The notes beneath the pieces were generated by a model. It saw nothing but the letters and a program-made list of their open reading frames with translations. It was not told the origin of the DNA and searched no databases. A stretch of 61,793 nt of DNA, filler included. It is 7 parts of 7 records of this genome, joined end to end, with 100 filler letters (N's around TTAATTAATTAA, not from the genome) between each part and the next. Parts side by side here need not be neighbours in the genome. Positions count along the whole stretch, not along the records: positions 9,066 to 22,071 come from SRR31156797_7015; positions 22,172 to 28,098 come from SRR31156797_7016; positions 28,199 to 37,419 come from SRR31156797_7019; 4 more parts are not named here. One strand, written 5' to 3'. The position numbers and the translations under genes are program-made. This document shows, one piece after another, positions 20,659 through 30,883 of this stretch; position 1 is the stretch's first letter, and each line of letters opens with the position of its first letter.

Positions 20659-21987
20659 ATGCAGTGGACACAACTTCTCAACGCCAACCGATTTAAACAG
20701 GAAACCAAAAATCTTAACCCTGTTGAAATACGTTCTCAGTTTCAGCGCGATTATGACCGTATCATTTTCGCCCCCGCATTCAGGCGTTTGCAAAATAAAA
20801 CACAGGTTTTTCCTTTACCGGGATCCGTTTATGTGCATAACAGATTGACTCACAGTCTTGAGGTAGCAAGCGTTGGCCGATCACTGGGTCGAAAAGTAGC
20901 CAACTACCTGATGAGTGTTGAGCAAAACATCCCCATTCAATTACTGGAAGAAATCCCAACAATTGTATCTACTGCATGTCTTTGCCATGATATGGGCAAC
21001 CCACCATTCGGTCATTCTGGTGAAGATGCCCTTTCAAAATATTTCAGAGAAGGTGGTGGACAAAAACTCAAAAATGAATTTTCTGAACAACAATGGCTTG
21101 ATTTATCATACTTTGAGGGAAATGCCAATGCGCTCCGACTTATGACCCATCAATTCAAAGGTCGCAGAGCGGGTGGGTTTGTAAATACCTACGCTACATT
21201 AGCATCCATCATCAAATATCCTTATGCATCAACCCATACCAATGGAGCAAAATATGGGTATTTTGAGTCAGAAAAAGCTTCGTTTGATGAAATTATTAAG
21301 CAAACAGGCTTAATACAGCAAAAAGATGGCACTTTTGCACGCCATCCGCTAGTATTTTTAGTTGAGGCTGCCGACGATATTTCATACGTGTTAATGGATA
21401 TGGAAGACGCCCATCGCCTAAAGATTTTATCATTTGAGGAAATACTTACTTATCTCTCACCATTCTATGAAGAAGATGAGCAACTACACGCAAAATTCAA
21501 CCAGGTAAAACAAGAAGTTACGGATAAAAATGAGCTAATCGCCTTTTTAAGGGCTTCAATTATTAATAAACTCGTCAATGCCTGCGCTGATGTTTTCGTA
21601 AGCAATTATAATGATATTATGAATGGAACATTTACCGACGCCCTCTACAAACAGATGCCCGATCACTTGATGCAAAATATGAAGGACTGCAAAACAATGA
21701 GTGTAAAGCGCATTTACAATCACAGATCTGTAATTAAAATTCAACTGGCCGGCTATCATGTGCTGGGAACACTTCTGGAAGAGTTCATGAACGCCATTCA
21801 AAATCCTCAGGAATCATATAGTCAGCAACTCATCTCACTCATCCCGAAACAGTTTGATGTACTAAATGGATCGCTCTATGAAAAAACACGTAGTGTATTA
21901 GATTTCATAAGCGGAATGACAGATATTTACGCAGTTCAATTATTCAGAGACATTCGGGGTATTGACTTTGAACAATGGCCGGTGTAA
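20659..21987 (+). CDS. dgt: dGTP triphosphohydrolase (HD domain)
   Basis: RDYDRIIF, RRLQNKTQVF, HNRLTHSLEV, CHDMGNPPFGHSGE, EAADDISY, DFISGMTD. Confidence 0.95.
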   Translation: MQWTQLLNANRFKQETKNLNPVEIRSQFQRDYDRIIFAPAFRRLQNKTQVFPLPGSVYVHNRLTHSLEVASVGRSLGRKVANYLMSVEQNIPIQLLEEIPTIVSTACLCHDMGNPPFGHSGEDALSKYFREGGGQKLKNEFSEQQWLDLSYFEGNANALRLMTHQFKGRRAGGFVNTYATLASIIKYPYASTHTNGAKYGYFESEKASFDEIIKQTGLIQQKDGTFARHPLVFLVEAADDISYVLMDMEDAHRLKILSFEEILTYLSPFYEEDEQLHAKFNQVKQEVTDKNELIAFLRASIINKLVNACADVFVSNYNDIMNGTFTDALYKQMPDHLMQNMKDCKTMSVKRIYNHRSVIKIQLAGYHVLGTLLEEFMNAIQNPQESYSQQLISLIPKQFDVLNGSLYEKTRSVLDFISGMTDIYAVQLFRDIRGIDFEQWPV

Positions 21988-22171
21988 GTATGAGTATTGA
22001 GTCCCGAAAAACTCAAATTTACAATTTGAATTGTTTTTCGTGGATGCTCGAAAAATTATAAAAATCAGAGANNNNNNNNNNNNNNNNNNNNNNNNNNNNN
22101 NNNNNNNNNNNNNNNTTAATTAATTAANNNNNNNNNNNNNNNNNNNNNNNNNNNNNNNNNNNNNNNNNNNN

Positions 22172-22272
22172 TCCCATTTGCCAGACAGATGGTCGCCGGT
22201 TTTTCGCTGGGCGATTATAATTCGGCCATCCTTTACCAATATGGCCGCGGTGACCTTTATGATCTCTTTCAT
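22172..22272 (-). CDS. MutT/NudG-like NUDIX hydrolase, N-terminal fragment (runs off contig)
   Basis: MKEIIKVTAAILVKDGRIIIAQRKTGDHLSGKW matches the MutT N-terminus leading into WEFPGG. Confidence 0.75.
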
Positions 22273-22422
22273 TGTGGGATCCCACTTTTTTTTCAAGAAC
22301 GGTATGTTGATGGATATCCCCCGGCCCACCAAATGTCAACGACAACCAACCCCTTGACACCAATAGGAATCTTTGCAAACGTATACCCGTCCGATCCTTT
22401 AAACAAAGCTCCGAGAATTCCA

Positions 22423-22659
22423 ATGAATAAATTTCAGGCAATGGCACAGATAATGGCGATTTTATGTAAAGATGGCCGTCTTAAAAAAGGAAGCCAGAAA
22501 TACAAGACAGCCCGAAAGCTGATCGCAACAAAGATCGATATAATGGGGCCAGAAGCTGCTTATTCTAAAGCCAAATGGAATAAACATGAGCTGTTCGTAG
22601 AGATTGAAGAGTTACATACGGCTGAGAGGGCAGGAAAAATTTTCAGCTCTTATGTATAA
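22423..22659 (+). CDS. Small hypothetical protein (about 78 aa)
   Basis: 3' half of ORF 22189-22659 (MNKFQAMAQIMAILCKDGRL...) reads as protein; the 5' half overlaps the NUDIX gene. Confidence 0.5.
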   Translation: MNKFQAMAQIMAILCKDGRLKKGSQKYKTARKLIATKIDIMGPEAAYSKAKWNKHELFVEIEELHTAERAGKIFSSYV

Positions 22660-23019
22660 GGGTTGCTTTGAATGATTTCAAATCAACGACATGTGGATGT
22701 CTGGAATCGGGGCTGACTTGCACCGTGTTGGTGATCGTCCAAGGGCCTGTCAAGGTGAAATGGCGGTCCAGCGTGTCGTTGCGAAGTAAAATCGATCTCA
22801 GAACATTTACAGTTTTATCAACCGTATGCGAAACGCAATTCTCTGCCTTTACCAAAAAGGAATGGATGCTCATTGTGTGAAAACCAGCTGCCGATACATT
22901 AAAACAGGCCATGATAACATTCTCGACGTGGATTTGTTATCAGGAAGCAGATGTTATCAAAGATGCTATCAGGAAAGAAAAAAAGGACTTAGGTAAGCTG
23001 CCTAAACCTTTTATTTTAT

Positions 23020-23095
23020 TGGTGCCCCTGGCAAGAATCGAACTTGCGGCACATGGATTAGGAATCCATCGCTCTATCCACTGAGCTACAGGGGC
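23020..23095 (-). tRNA. tRNA-Arg (anticodon CCT)
   Basis: GCCCCTG-TAGCTCAGTGGATAGAGC-G-ATGGA-TTCCTAA-TCCAT-GTGCC-GCAAGTTCGATTCTTGC-CAGGGGC-ACCA: 76 nt, full cloverleaf, encoded CCA. Confidence 0.97.
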
Positions 23096-23411
23096 TAAAT
23101 CATTTTATTCTATCGGTCCGAAGAGGGATCTCTGTCTCTATTTACTTCTAATCAATGAATAATCTTCATATTTGCATTCTCAAGCCTGAATAATTATCTA
23201 TCATAAATATAGGGCTTTTTAGGTTAATCTTTGCATCAATGCAAGCTTTTTCCAAATCAAGTGCCAACTATGAACTTATTATCTGTTATGTTATCGTAAT
23301 AAGAAAGAATTCTTGATTTGTACCGGATCGGTGAACAGTGGTATATTTTACATAGGATTGAAATGTCTTCAATCTTAAACGATAAACCTACTTTTTCGTC
23401 GGAGGCTAAAC

Positions 23412-24125
23412 ATGATTCGTTTTGCGTGTATGCTGAGCATTGCAATGATTCTGAACGCTTGTGGTACGTTGACAGCCCCGGAGCCCAATCCGGTTCTGGT
23501 CAATGAAATCGACGCTTACTTTAGTAATGCAAAAAATATAACGTACAAGGACTCTGGTCCGTTTACCCTACCCAAACCCTACAAAGTCGGTCAATATGTG
23601 GTGACAGGAATGACCTCCCCGACGGAAAAAAGCGTTTCTAAAACCTCCATCGTCGGAAAAGAGCAGGGTGGATGGATTCTTGAAATCCACTCCTTAACAC
23701 CGACGGAAGAGGGCATCAGCCAACTGCTGATTGTCGGCCTGGAGACCGTTGCGGAGACCGGATCTATGGACGACATCGATATCCTCTGGATAAAAATGAA
23801 AAATAACGATAACCCCGTGCAGAAAGTGGATGGCGTAATGCTTTCCGTGGTGAAAACGTTTATTCAGTCTTCCATCTCCGATTTGGTCGTCCGGACACAA
23901 TCCTCCATCGTCGATGGTGGCAACGTAAAAACCCTTGCAGGAACTTTCATGGGGACGACCAAAGGACGCGGGGAAGTCTCCTTTCTTGGGAAAAAATATG
24001 CGTCGGACTCATGGATGCATCCGGCGGTACCGATAAATGGTTTGGTAAAATCGGTTACTGTTGAAGACGAGCAGACCATCGAAGTGCTCGATTTCGGATA
24101 TTCAGGAGCAAAAAGAAGTTTTTAA
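23412..24125 (+). CDS. Lipoprotein of unknown function
   Basis: GGAGG RBS; lipobox LNAC; beta-rich body. Confidence 0.8.
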   Translation: MIRFACMLSIAMILNACGTLTAPEPNPVLVNEIDAYFSNAKNITYKDSGPFTLPKPYKVGQYVVTGMTSPTEKSVSKTSIVGKEQGGWILEIHSLTPTEEGISQLLIVGLETVAETGSMDDIDILWIKMKNNDNPVQKVDGVMLSVVKTFIQSSISDLVVRTQSSIVDGGNVKTLAGTFMGTTKGRGEVSFLGKKYASDSWMHPAVPINGLVKSVTVEDEQTIEVLDFGYSGAKRSF

Positions 24126-24137
24126 GGAAAATACAGC

Positions 24138-25436
24138 ATGGGCCGGGTTCTCTTTTTATACTGTATGATCAGTTGGGTCGTTTTTGGTGGGGTTAATGCT
24201 GTTTATGCTGAAACCACAGCTGTTATCGCCAACCATGGCGATGATGAAATACTACGAATTTTCACCGATGACGAAGATCTGGATACGATAAGTGTATCCG
24301 GTCACCCCTATGGCGTTGCCGTTACTCCTGACGGCGTTCAGGCTTTGGTGACCCTTGAGGATGAAAACCAACTGGCCTTCGTGAATATGAATGATTTTTT
24401 TGAAACTCCGCTTCTCTTGTCGGTTGGCGAGTCTCCTCGAGGCGTTGCCGTAGATCCGACAGGTGTGTTTGCCTATGTGGGCAATTTTGAGGATGATACG
24501 GTATCCGAAATCCGGATGTCCGGGCAAACGGTGATCGGCACTTATGAGGTGGGAGACGGGCCTATGGGGGTGGTGGCACTATACGACGAAGAGGAAGAGA
24601 GCCCGGTTATCTATATCGCCAATCACCTTGAGGACAGTATAAGTGTTATCGACGACGAAAAGAAGATGACCTTGATCACTGTAGGGGACGGCCCGACAGG
24701 ATTGGCGATCTCGCCCGATGAAAAGTATCTCTACGCTGCTGTCATGAATGATAACAAGCTTTCAATTATTGATACCGCCGACAACGAAATCGTCGATACC
24801 GTATCGGTGGGAGAGGATCCATGGGGCGTTGCCGTTGGTGGAAAAGGGGATTATGTCTATGTGACCAATCGTGGGGATGATACGGTTACGGTTGTTTCCG
24901 CAGCGGATTTCTCTGTTGTTCGCACTTTCAGTGTTGGCAGTACCCCCAGCGGCGTTGCTGCTCCACGGAACGGGAATTTTGCCTATGTGGTCAGCCACGT
25001 TGAAGGGGCGATCAACAAAATAGATATGGATGACAACACGGTGACGGAGATTGCAGAAGATACGCTTACCGATGCCTTTTGTTTGGGATCCTTCATCGGA
25101 GGTGCGCCACCGAATGCACCCAGCAGTCTTGCATTAGAGACCGAAAAGGGTAACAGTATCGACTTGAGTTGGTCCGACAACAGTGATGATGAAGATGGTT
25201 TCAAGATAGAAAGAAGCAAAGAAGACGAAGAAAGGTATACCCAAATAGCCATTGTAAAACCGGACACCACGACCTACCAGGACCGTGGATTGGACAGTGA
25301 GACCGTTTATTTTTATCGAATCCGGTCTTATAATGAAGCTGCGGATTCTGATTTTGGGACATCCACCAGTCTTGAAACGTTGCCGTATTCCGGTTCAGTT
25401 TGGTGTTTCATCCATACAATGGTCGATGACCAATGA
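24138..25436 (+). CDS. YVTN/YncE beta-propeller with FN3 domain and CFI-type C-terminus
   Basis: Repeats such as PYGVAVTPDG, PRGVAVDPTG, YVYVTNRGDDTVTVV; FN3 (PNAPSSL...LSWSDNSDDEDGFKIERS...YRIRSYN); ends SGSVWCFIHTMVDDQ. Confidence 0.85.
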   Translation: MGRVLFLYCMISWVVFGGVNAVYAETTAVIANHGDDEILRIFTDDEDLDTISVSGHPYGVAVTPDGVQALVTLEDENQLAFVNMNDFFETPLLLSVGESPRGVAVDPTGVFAYVGNFEDDTVSEIRMSGQTVIGTYEVGDGPMGVVALYDEEEESPVIYIANHLEDSISVIDDEKKMTLITVGDGPTGLAISPDEKYLYAAVMNDNKLSIIDTADNEIVDTVSVGEDPWGVAVGGKGDYVYVTNRGDDTVTVVSAADFSVVRTFSVGSTPSGVAAPRNGNFAYVVSHVEGAINKIDMDDNTVTEIAEDTLTDAFCLGSFIGGAPPNAPSSLALETEKGNSIDLSWSDNSDDEDGFKIERSKEDEERYTQIAIVKPDTTTYQDRGLDSETVYFYRIRSYNEAADSDFGTSTSLETLPYSGSVWCFIHTMVDDQ

Positions 25437-25460
25437 TTGTTAGAACGGCCCGGTGTAACT

Positions 25461-28098
25461 ATGAAATTGGTTCGATCTAAACTCCTTGCAGCGTTTGCTG
25501 TCATCGTTGTTTCCTCGATGCACCTTATTGCCTGTGGCAATGGTAACGATTCCGGTTCGACTGCCGGTGGCGCCTACACCCTCAGCGGGACAATTTCAAC
25601 GCCCGGATTCTACGCGGTAGACAATGATGTGAACGATCCCAATGCCTCCTTCATCCCCAACGACTCTTTTACCGATGCCCAACAATTGTATTTTCCCGTC
25701 ACCCTGGCGGGATACGTGAATTTTTCGGGCCAGGGGGAGGAGGGGCGCAGTTATTCAAGGGGTGATCCCCGGGATTTTTATCGCATTGAATTATCTGAAG
25801 GGGACTCGATTGTTTTACATATCGCAGCTGCCCACACTACGGATTTGGATCTGTTTCTCTATCGTGCGGATACGTTTGCCTTGGTGGATGCGTCGATCGG
25901 CACGGGAAGCAATGAATCGCTTCGAATTTCGGACGATAGCGAGTTTATCATCGAAGTTAGAGCGGTCAGTACCAGCCTACCCCCTTCAGGTGCATCCAAT
26001 TACAACCTCATTGTCGGCGATACGTTCGCTGAACCTGATTCTTCCAGCTACCGGTTGAGCCATGATTTCATTCCAGGAGAAGTGATCCTGCGTTATAATG
26101 ACGATACGGTCGTTTCCCCATCAGCAAGATCTTTGCAGATGGCGGATGAGATGTTTGAAATGCAACACCTGCGCGGTATTCGCGATCGTGAAATGCTCTT
26201 GTCATTTGCTGCTGGGGCAGGTGCGCACTCCGTGCTCAACGCTTTGAATGCCCAAGCCTCTTCCCGGGGCCTTACGCTGTCAAACGTCGTCTCTGATGAT
26301 ATGCAATACAAGCTTGATACGCTCAGGGTGATTAAAGCGTTACAAAAAAGGAATGATGTGAAGGCGGTCTCTCCGAATTTCATCCGGCGGTCCTGCACAG
26401 TTCCCGATGACAGCTATTTTCCTCTTCAATGGCACTACAACCAGATTTACCTTCCGAAAGCCTGGGAAACCGTAAAGGGAAACGGAGATGTTGTCGTAGC
26501 GGTTGTGGATACGGGTGTTCTTTTCGGGCATCCGGATCTTGGCCCCCGGTTGACAACAACCGGATACGACTTTGTCAGCTCTGTGGAGATGGAAGGTAAC
26601 GAACTTGATGAGGAAAGAGGTGGTATCGATCCAAATCCCGAAGATCCCGGAGATGAATCCACCGGGGGCTCTTCTTTCCACGGAACGCATGTGGCGGGAA
26701 CGATATCGGCCGCAACCGATAACCAAATTGGCGTTGCGGGTGTTGGTTGGAATTCAGCACGAATCATGCCGGTTCGGGCATTAGGGCTCGGTGGATGGGG
26801 AACGAGCTATGATATTTTGCAAGCGGTTCGTTATGCAGCAGGCTTGCCCAATGACTCGGGGACCGTTCCAGAAAAAACGGCTGATATCATTAATTTGAGT
26901 GTTGGCGGGGAGGGGTTTTGGTCTGATGCCCAAGAGGTATACGAGGAAATAAGCCAACGTGGAATTATCGTCGTTGCAGCCGCCGGAAATGCGAGCAGTG
27001 ACGAAAAAAGCTATCCCGCGGCATACGAGGGGGTCATTTCAGTAAGCGCGGTGGATTATGCATCGCAAATCGCTTACTATTCCAACTATGGGGAGACCAT
27101 CGATGTCGCTGCACCGGGTGGCGACAACTCTGCCGATTTGAACTCGGATGGCCATCCCGATGGGGTTTTGAGTACCGTCGGTGACGATACGTCGGGCAGT
27201 GTAGTAATGGGATATGGCTTCAGTCACGGCACTTCCATGGCGGTTCCACATGTCGTCGGTGTCGTGGCATTGATGAAGACGGTCTGGCCCCAAATGGTTT
27301 ACTCCGACTTTGACAATTTGCTTCGCAGCGGACAACTTACAGCGGATTTAGGAACTTCCGGAAAAGATGCGTATTTTGGTTATGGCCTGATCAATGCACA
27401 AAAAGCGGTTCTGGCTGCGCAAACAGGGGTTTTGCCAACCGCCATGATCGTGAACCCGCCAAGCATGAATTTTGGAAGTGCTCTCTCTACGATGACCCTG
27501 TTGGTCGAAAAGTCAGGAGATGAGGATGCTGAATTTTCGGTAACCTCTATTGAGGGAGATGCTGACTGGATGCAGGTTGCACCTCTCCAGGTCGATGCTT
27601 TCGGGGTCGGTTCCTATACCGTCTCAGTTGACCGAACAGGTCTTTTGGAAGGCAGTTATAGCGGAACGATAGAAATTATTTCTTCCGCCAACACTGTAAT
27701 CGTTCCTGTCAGTTTGCGGACCGTCCAGTTGGGACGGACGGTAAGTGCAGGTTATCACTATGTTCTATTGCTTGACCCGCTGACCTATGATCACTTGGCG
27801 CAAACGGAGGCAAGGTTGGAAGACGGCCTATACCACTTCAATTTTTCAGGTATTGAAAAGGGGGAGTATCTGCTGTTTGCGGGAAGTGATATGGACAACG
27901 ATTATGTGGTCGGTGATTTGGGGAATGCCATCGGCGCCTATTTAAGCACGGATCAACCGGTTCCCATAGAGGTTGAGCGAGACTATTTTAATTTGGAGTT
28001 TAAAACCGAATTCAATATCCACCTTATTGACATCAATGCTTTGGAGAGCGGGCAAAATGCCGAAGTTTCCCGAATTGTTGGCAAAGAGAGGGTGAAAA
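25461..28098 (+). CDS. S8 subtilisin-family serine protease, lipoprotein (3' truncated)
   Basis: Lipobox LIAC; triad VVDTG, FHGTHVAG, GTSMAVPHV; oxyanion AAGN; PPC-like N-terminal domain. Confidence 0.93.
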
Positions 28099-28423
28099 NN
28101 NNNNNNNNNNNNNNNNNNNNNNNNNNNNNNNNNNNNNNNNNNTTAATTAATTAANNNNNNNNNNNNNNNNNNNNNNNNNNNNNNNNNNNNNNNNNNNNCC
28201 CCTGTGGGCGCCCGTGTTCCTGACAGTACTTATGGCGTCGCTATAAATCAAGTTAAGCTTTTTATCATTGGGATAATTGAACAATATGTAATTTTCATCT
28301 TGCCAATATTTATGTAAAATCGGATAACAATAGCTGAAATAATTTTGACACAGGATTTGAAAACGCAGCCTTAAAGAAAAAAGATAGTGTTTTCCTATCC
28401 CTTAATGCGGAAGGCATGTAACT

Positions 28424-29539
28424 ATGACTCAAGCCTTGGATAAAATAACCATAAAAGGCTTCAAGTCGATCAGGAATCTCGAAGATTTTGAATTGACGGA
28501 GTTGAACGTTCTCATTGGCGGCAATGGAGCTGGAAAAAGTAACTTCATTGATTTTTTTCGACTCCTCTGGGCCATGATGGAATTGTCTCTGCCGGATTTG
28601 GAAAAATCAAGTCTTCAGGCTTATATCGCCGACGGTGGAGGGAGCGACGATTTCCTTTTTAACGGGCCGAGAATAACTAGTCAAATTGAATCGGAGTTGA
28701 TTTTTGGTAAAAACGGATACCGTTTCAAATTAACTCCAACAACGGACGAAACATTCCTGATCAATGAAGAAGCAACATGCTATGCCTCTGGTTGGTATTA
28801 TTTAGGGAGCGGACACACTCGTCCTAAACTTCTTAAAGAAAAAAACAAGCCTGGATATAGCGGAGGCCCAAGCGTAGCGACTTATGTTTACGATGGAATT
28901 TCTTCATGGAGAGTCTACCATTTTCACGATACCAGCAAATTTTCTCCCATGCGCCGGTCCGGAATAGCTTATGATAAAGCGTATTTAAGGTTTGACGCCG
29001 CTAATATCGCACCTTTACTGCGAAATATATACAGAATAGATAAAAACGCTTATGACCAGATTTTGGATGTAATACGTTTGGCCGCCCCGTTTTTTGATGA
29101 CTTTATTTGGGACTTGGATGATACGGAAAAAGTAAGGCTTTACTGGCGGCAGAAGGGATCTGATTATCCTCTCAAGCCAAGCCACCTGTCGGACGGGACG
29201 ATTCGCTTTATCTGCCTGGCTACAGCCTTGTTGCAGCCCAACCCTCCGTCTACAATCATAATTGATGAGCCCGAATTGGGTTTACATCCTTATGCTATTG
29301 AAGTTTTAGCGGAACTGGTTAAAGTCGCTTCCAAAAAAACTCAATTGATCCTGTCCACTCAGTCGGCGCCCCTGGTCGATTGTTTCGAACCTGAAGATGT
29401 AGTTGTGGTTAATAGAGAAAAAGGGGCCTCTGTTTTTTGTCGTCTAAATAGTGAAGAGCTTTCCTCATGGCTCGAAGATTATTCATTGGGCGACCTCTGG
29501 CGAAAAAATATCGTCAACGGGGGCCCGGTTCATGAATAG
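28424..29539 (+). CDS. Soluble ABC-type (AAA_21-like) ATPase
   Basis: IKGFKSI, Walker A GGNGAGKS, signature LSDGT, Walker B IIIDEPELGLHP, STQS; no transmembrane segments. Confidence 0.9.
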   Translation: MTQALDKITIKGFKSIRNLEDFELTELNVLIGGNGAGKSNFIDFFRLLWAMMELSLPDLEKSSLQAYIADGGGSDDFLFNGPRITSQIESELIFGKNGYRFKLTPTTDETFLINEEATCYASGWYYLGSGHTRPKLLKEKNKPGYSGGPSVATYVYDGISSWRVYHFHDTSKFSPMRRSGIAYDKAYLRFDAANIAPLLRNIYRIDKNAYDQILDVIRLAAPFFDDFIWDLDDTEKVRLYWRQKGSDYPLKPSHLSDGTIRFICLATALLQPNPPSTIIIDEPELGLHPYAIEVLAELVKVASKKTQLILSTQSAPLVDCFEPEDVVVVNREKGASVFCRLNSEELSSWLEDYSLGDLWRKNIVNGGPVHE

Positions 29540-30242
29540 CATTAATGTCTATGTTGTAGTGGAAGGGCAAACAGAGCAGACATTTATCAGAGACGTGCTC
29601 GGTCCGGAAATGTCCTCTAAGGGGATATACTTGCACCCAGCATTAATCGGGACGCCTGGCCATAAGGGCGGCGACATCCGTTTTGAAAGGGCCGAAAGAG
29701 ATATAGGATTATTTCTCAAGCAGCGAAACCACACCTATGTGTCGACCATGTTCGACTATTTTCGCATAAACGAGGCTTGGCCCGGGAAAAGCGACGTTCA
29801 ACATCAAATCAAAAACGGCGCCGCCTTTGCCGCATCTCAAAAAGCCGAGATTCTTGAAACTGAAACTCTTAAAAGAATATCCGAAATTTATTTAAAACAA
29901 AATGCGAACAGCCGCTTTATTCCATACATATCCATGCACGAATTCGAAGCGCTGCTTTACAGTGACGCCGATATTCTCGCGGATAAGCTAAAAATAGATA
30001 TTAAGCCTGTCCGAAGCCTGCTCGATCAGTTTAAATCTCCTGAGGAAATTAATGACGATCCCGACGGAGCTCCATCTAAAAGGCTTGAAAAGTTAAAAAA
30101 CGGATACATGAAAGTCCCCATGGGTAAGGCTGTTGCCGAGGCGATCGGGATTCAAGCCATGCGAGAGCAGTGCAATCATTTTGACGAATGGTTGACAAAA
30201 TTGGAAGGCCTTCGAGATAGGGCCGACAGTTTAGCGCGGTAA
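29532..30242 (+). CDS. DUF4276-family (TOPRIM-like) protein
   Basis: VYVVVEGQTEQTF, TMFDY, PYISMHEFEALL, PEEIND...PSKRL, CNHFDEWL; ATG 29532 overlaps the ATPase end by 8 nt. Confidence 0.85.
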   Translation: MNSINVYVVVEGQTEQTFIRDVLGPEMSSKGIYLHPALIGTPGHKGGDIRFERAERDIGLFLKQRNHTYVSTMFDYFRINEAWPGKSDVQHQIKNGAAFAASQKAEILETETLKRISEIYLKQNANSRFIPYISMHEFEALLYSDADILADKLKIDIKPVRSLLDQFKSPEEINDDPDGAPSKRLEKLKNGYMKVPMGKAVAEAIGIQAMREQCNHFDEWLTKLEGLRDRADSLAR

Positions 30243-30347
30243 AAAAGCTGCTAACAGCAAGGAATAGGGAGCAATGGCGGGGTGAGGACAAGGCGGTCGG
30301 AATTGCCGCTAAACACCGTTGAATTACCGCCCCATTAACTCGCGCAC

Positions 30348-30376
30348 TTGACAAAGCAGCATTATCCTTATATAAC
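30348..30376 (+). promoter_or_regulatory. Sigma70-type promoter for the decarboxylase cluster
   Basis: TTGACA-17 nt-TATAAC. Confidence 0.6.
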
Positions 30377-30535
30377 CTGATGCTTAATCTACTGGTAACG
30401 TGAACAAAACCCAATAATTCGTAAAAAAAGGAACTATCATTCTTTTACTTGCCGGGTTTATGTTCATCCGGTAAAGTAAAAAAGCCTTGCCGTCACGCGG
30501 CGGGCGGAAAAACAGTTGTTTAGGGAGGAAAGCCA

Positions 30536-30748
30536 GTGGCGGAAATAACTGCACCTATGAGCGGAAAAATGTGGAAGATTCTTGTTAATGTCGGGGACAG
30601 CGTAGGCGAAGACGACGAAGTCGCCATCCTCGAAGCCATGAAAATGGAAATTCCTGTCGTATCGCCTGAAGACGGCGCCATCAAGGAGATCAAAGTCAAG
30701 GAAGGCGATCCCGTAGAAGCTGAAGCAGTAATTATGGTTCTGGAGTAG
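30536..30748 (+). CDS. Biotin carboxyl-carrier protein (single domain)
   Basis: ITAPMSGK...VGDSV...LEAMKME; GGGAGG RBS with GTG start. Confidence 0.92.
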   Translation: MAEITAPMSGKMWKILVNVGDSVGEDDEVAILEAMKMEIPVVSPEDGAIKEIKVKEGDPVEAEAVIMVLE

Positions 30749-30883
30749 TCCTGAAACGGATCCCTTTCGGGAACCCGTTTGACGGCAGTGCCTGAGACCA
30801 ATCTTAACGGATGTCTCAGGCGCATGTTTTTTATCGGGGGAGCCGCAAGGCTCCCGACTAGACAATGAGGTGTCAGCCCTGTT

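Noticed and set aside
20659-21987. dGTPase as an antiviral nucleotide-depletion system
   Set aside because: Looks like the ordinary Bacteroidota Dgt with host-like composition and no defence genes beside it.
22643-22912. Overlapping ORFs 22643-22912 (-) and 22668-22880 (+)
   Set aside because: No motifs or RBS; not supportable as genes.
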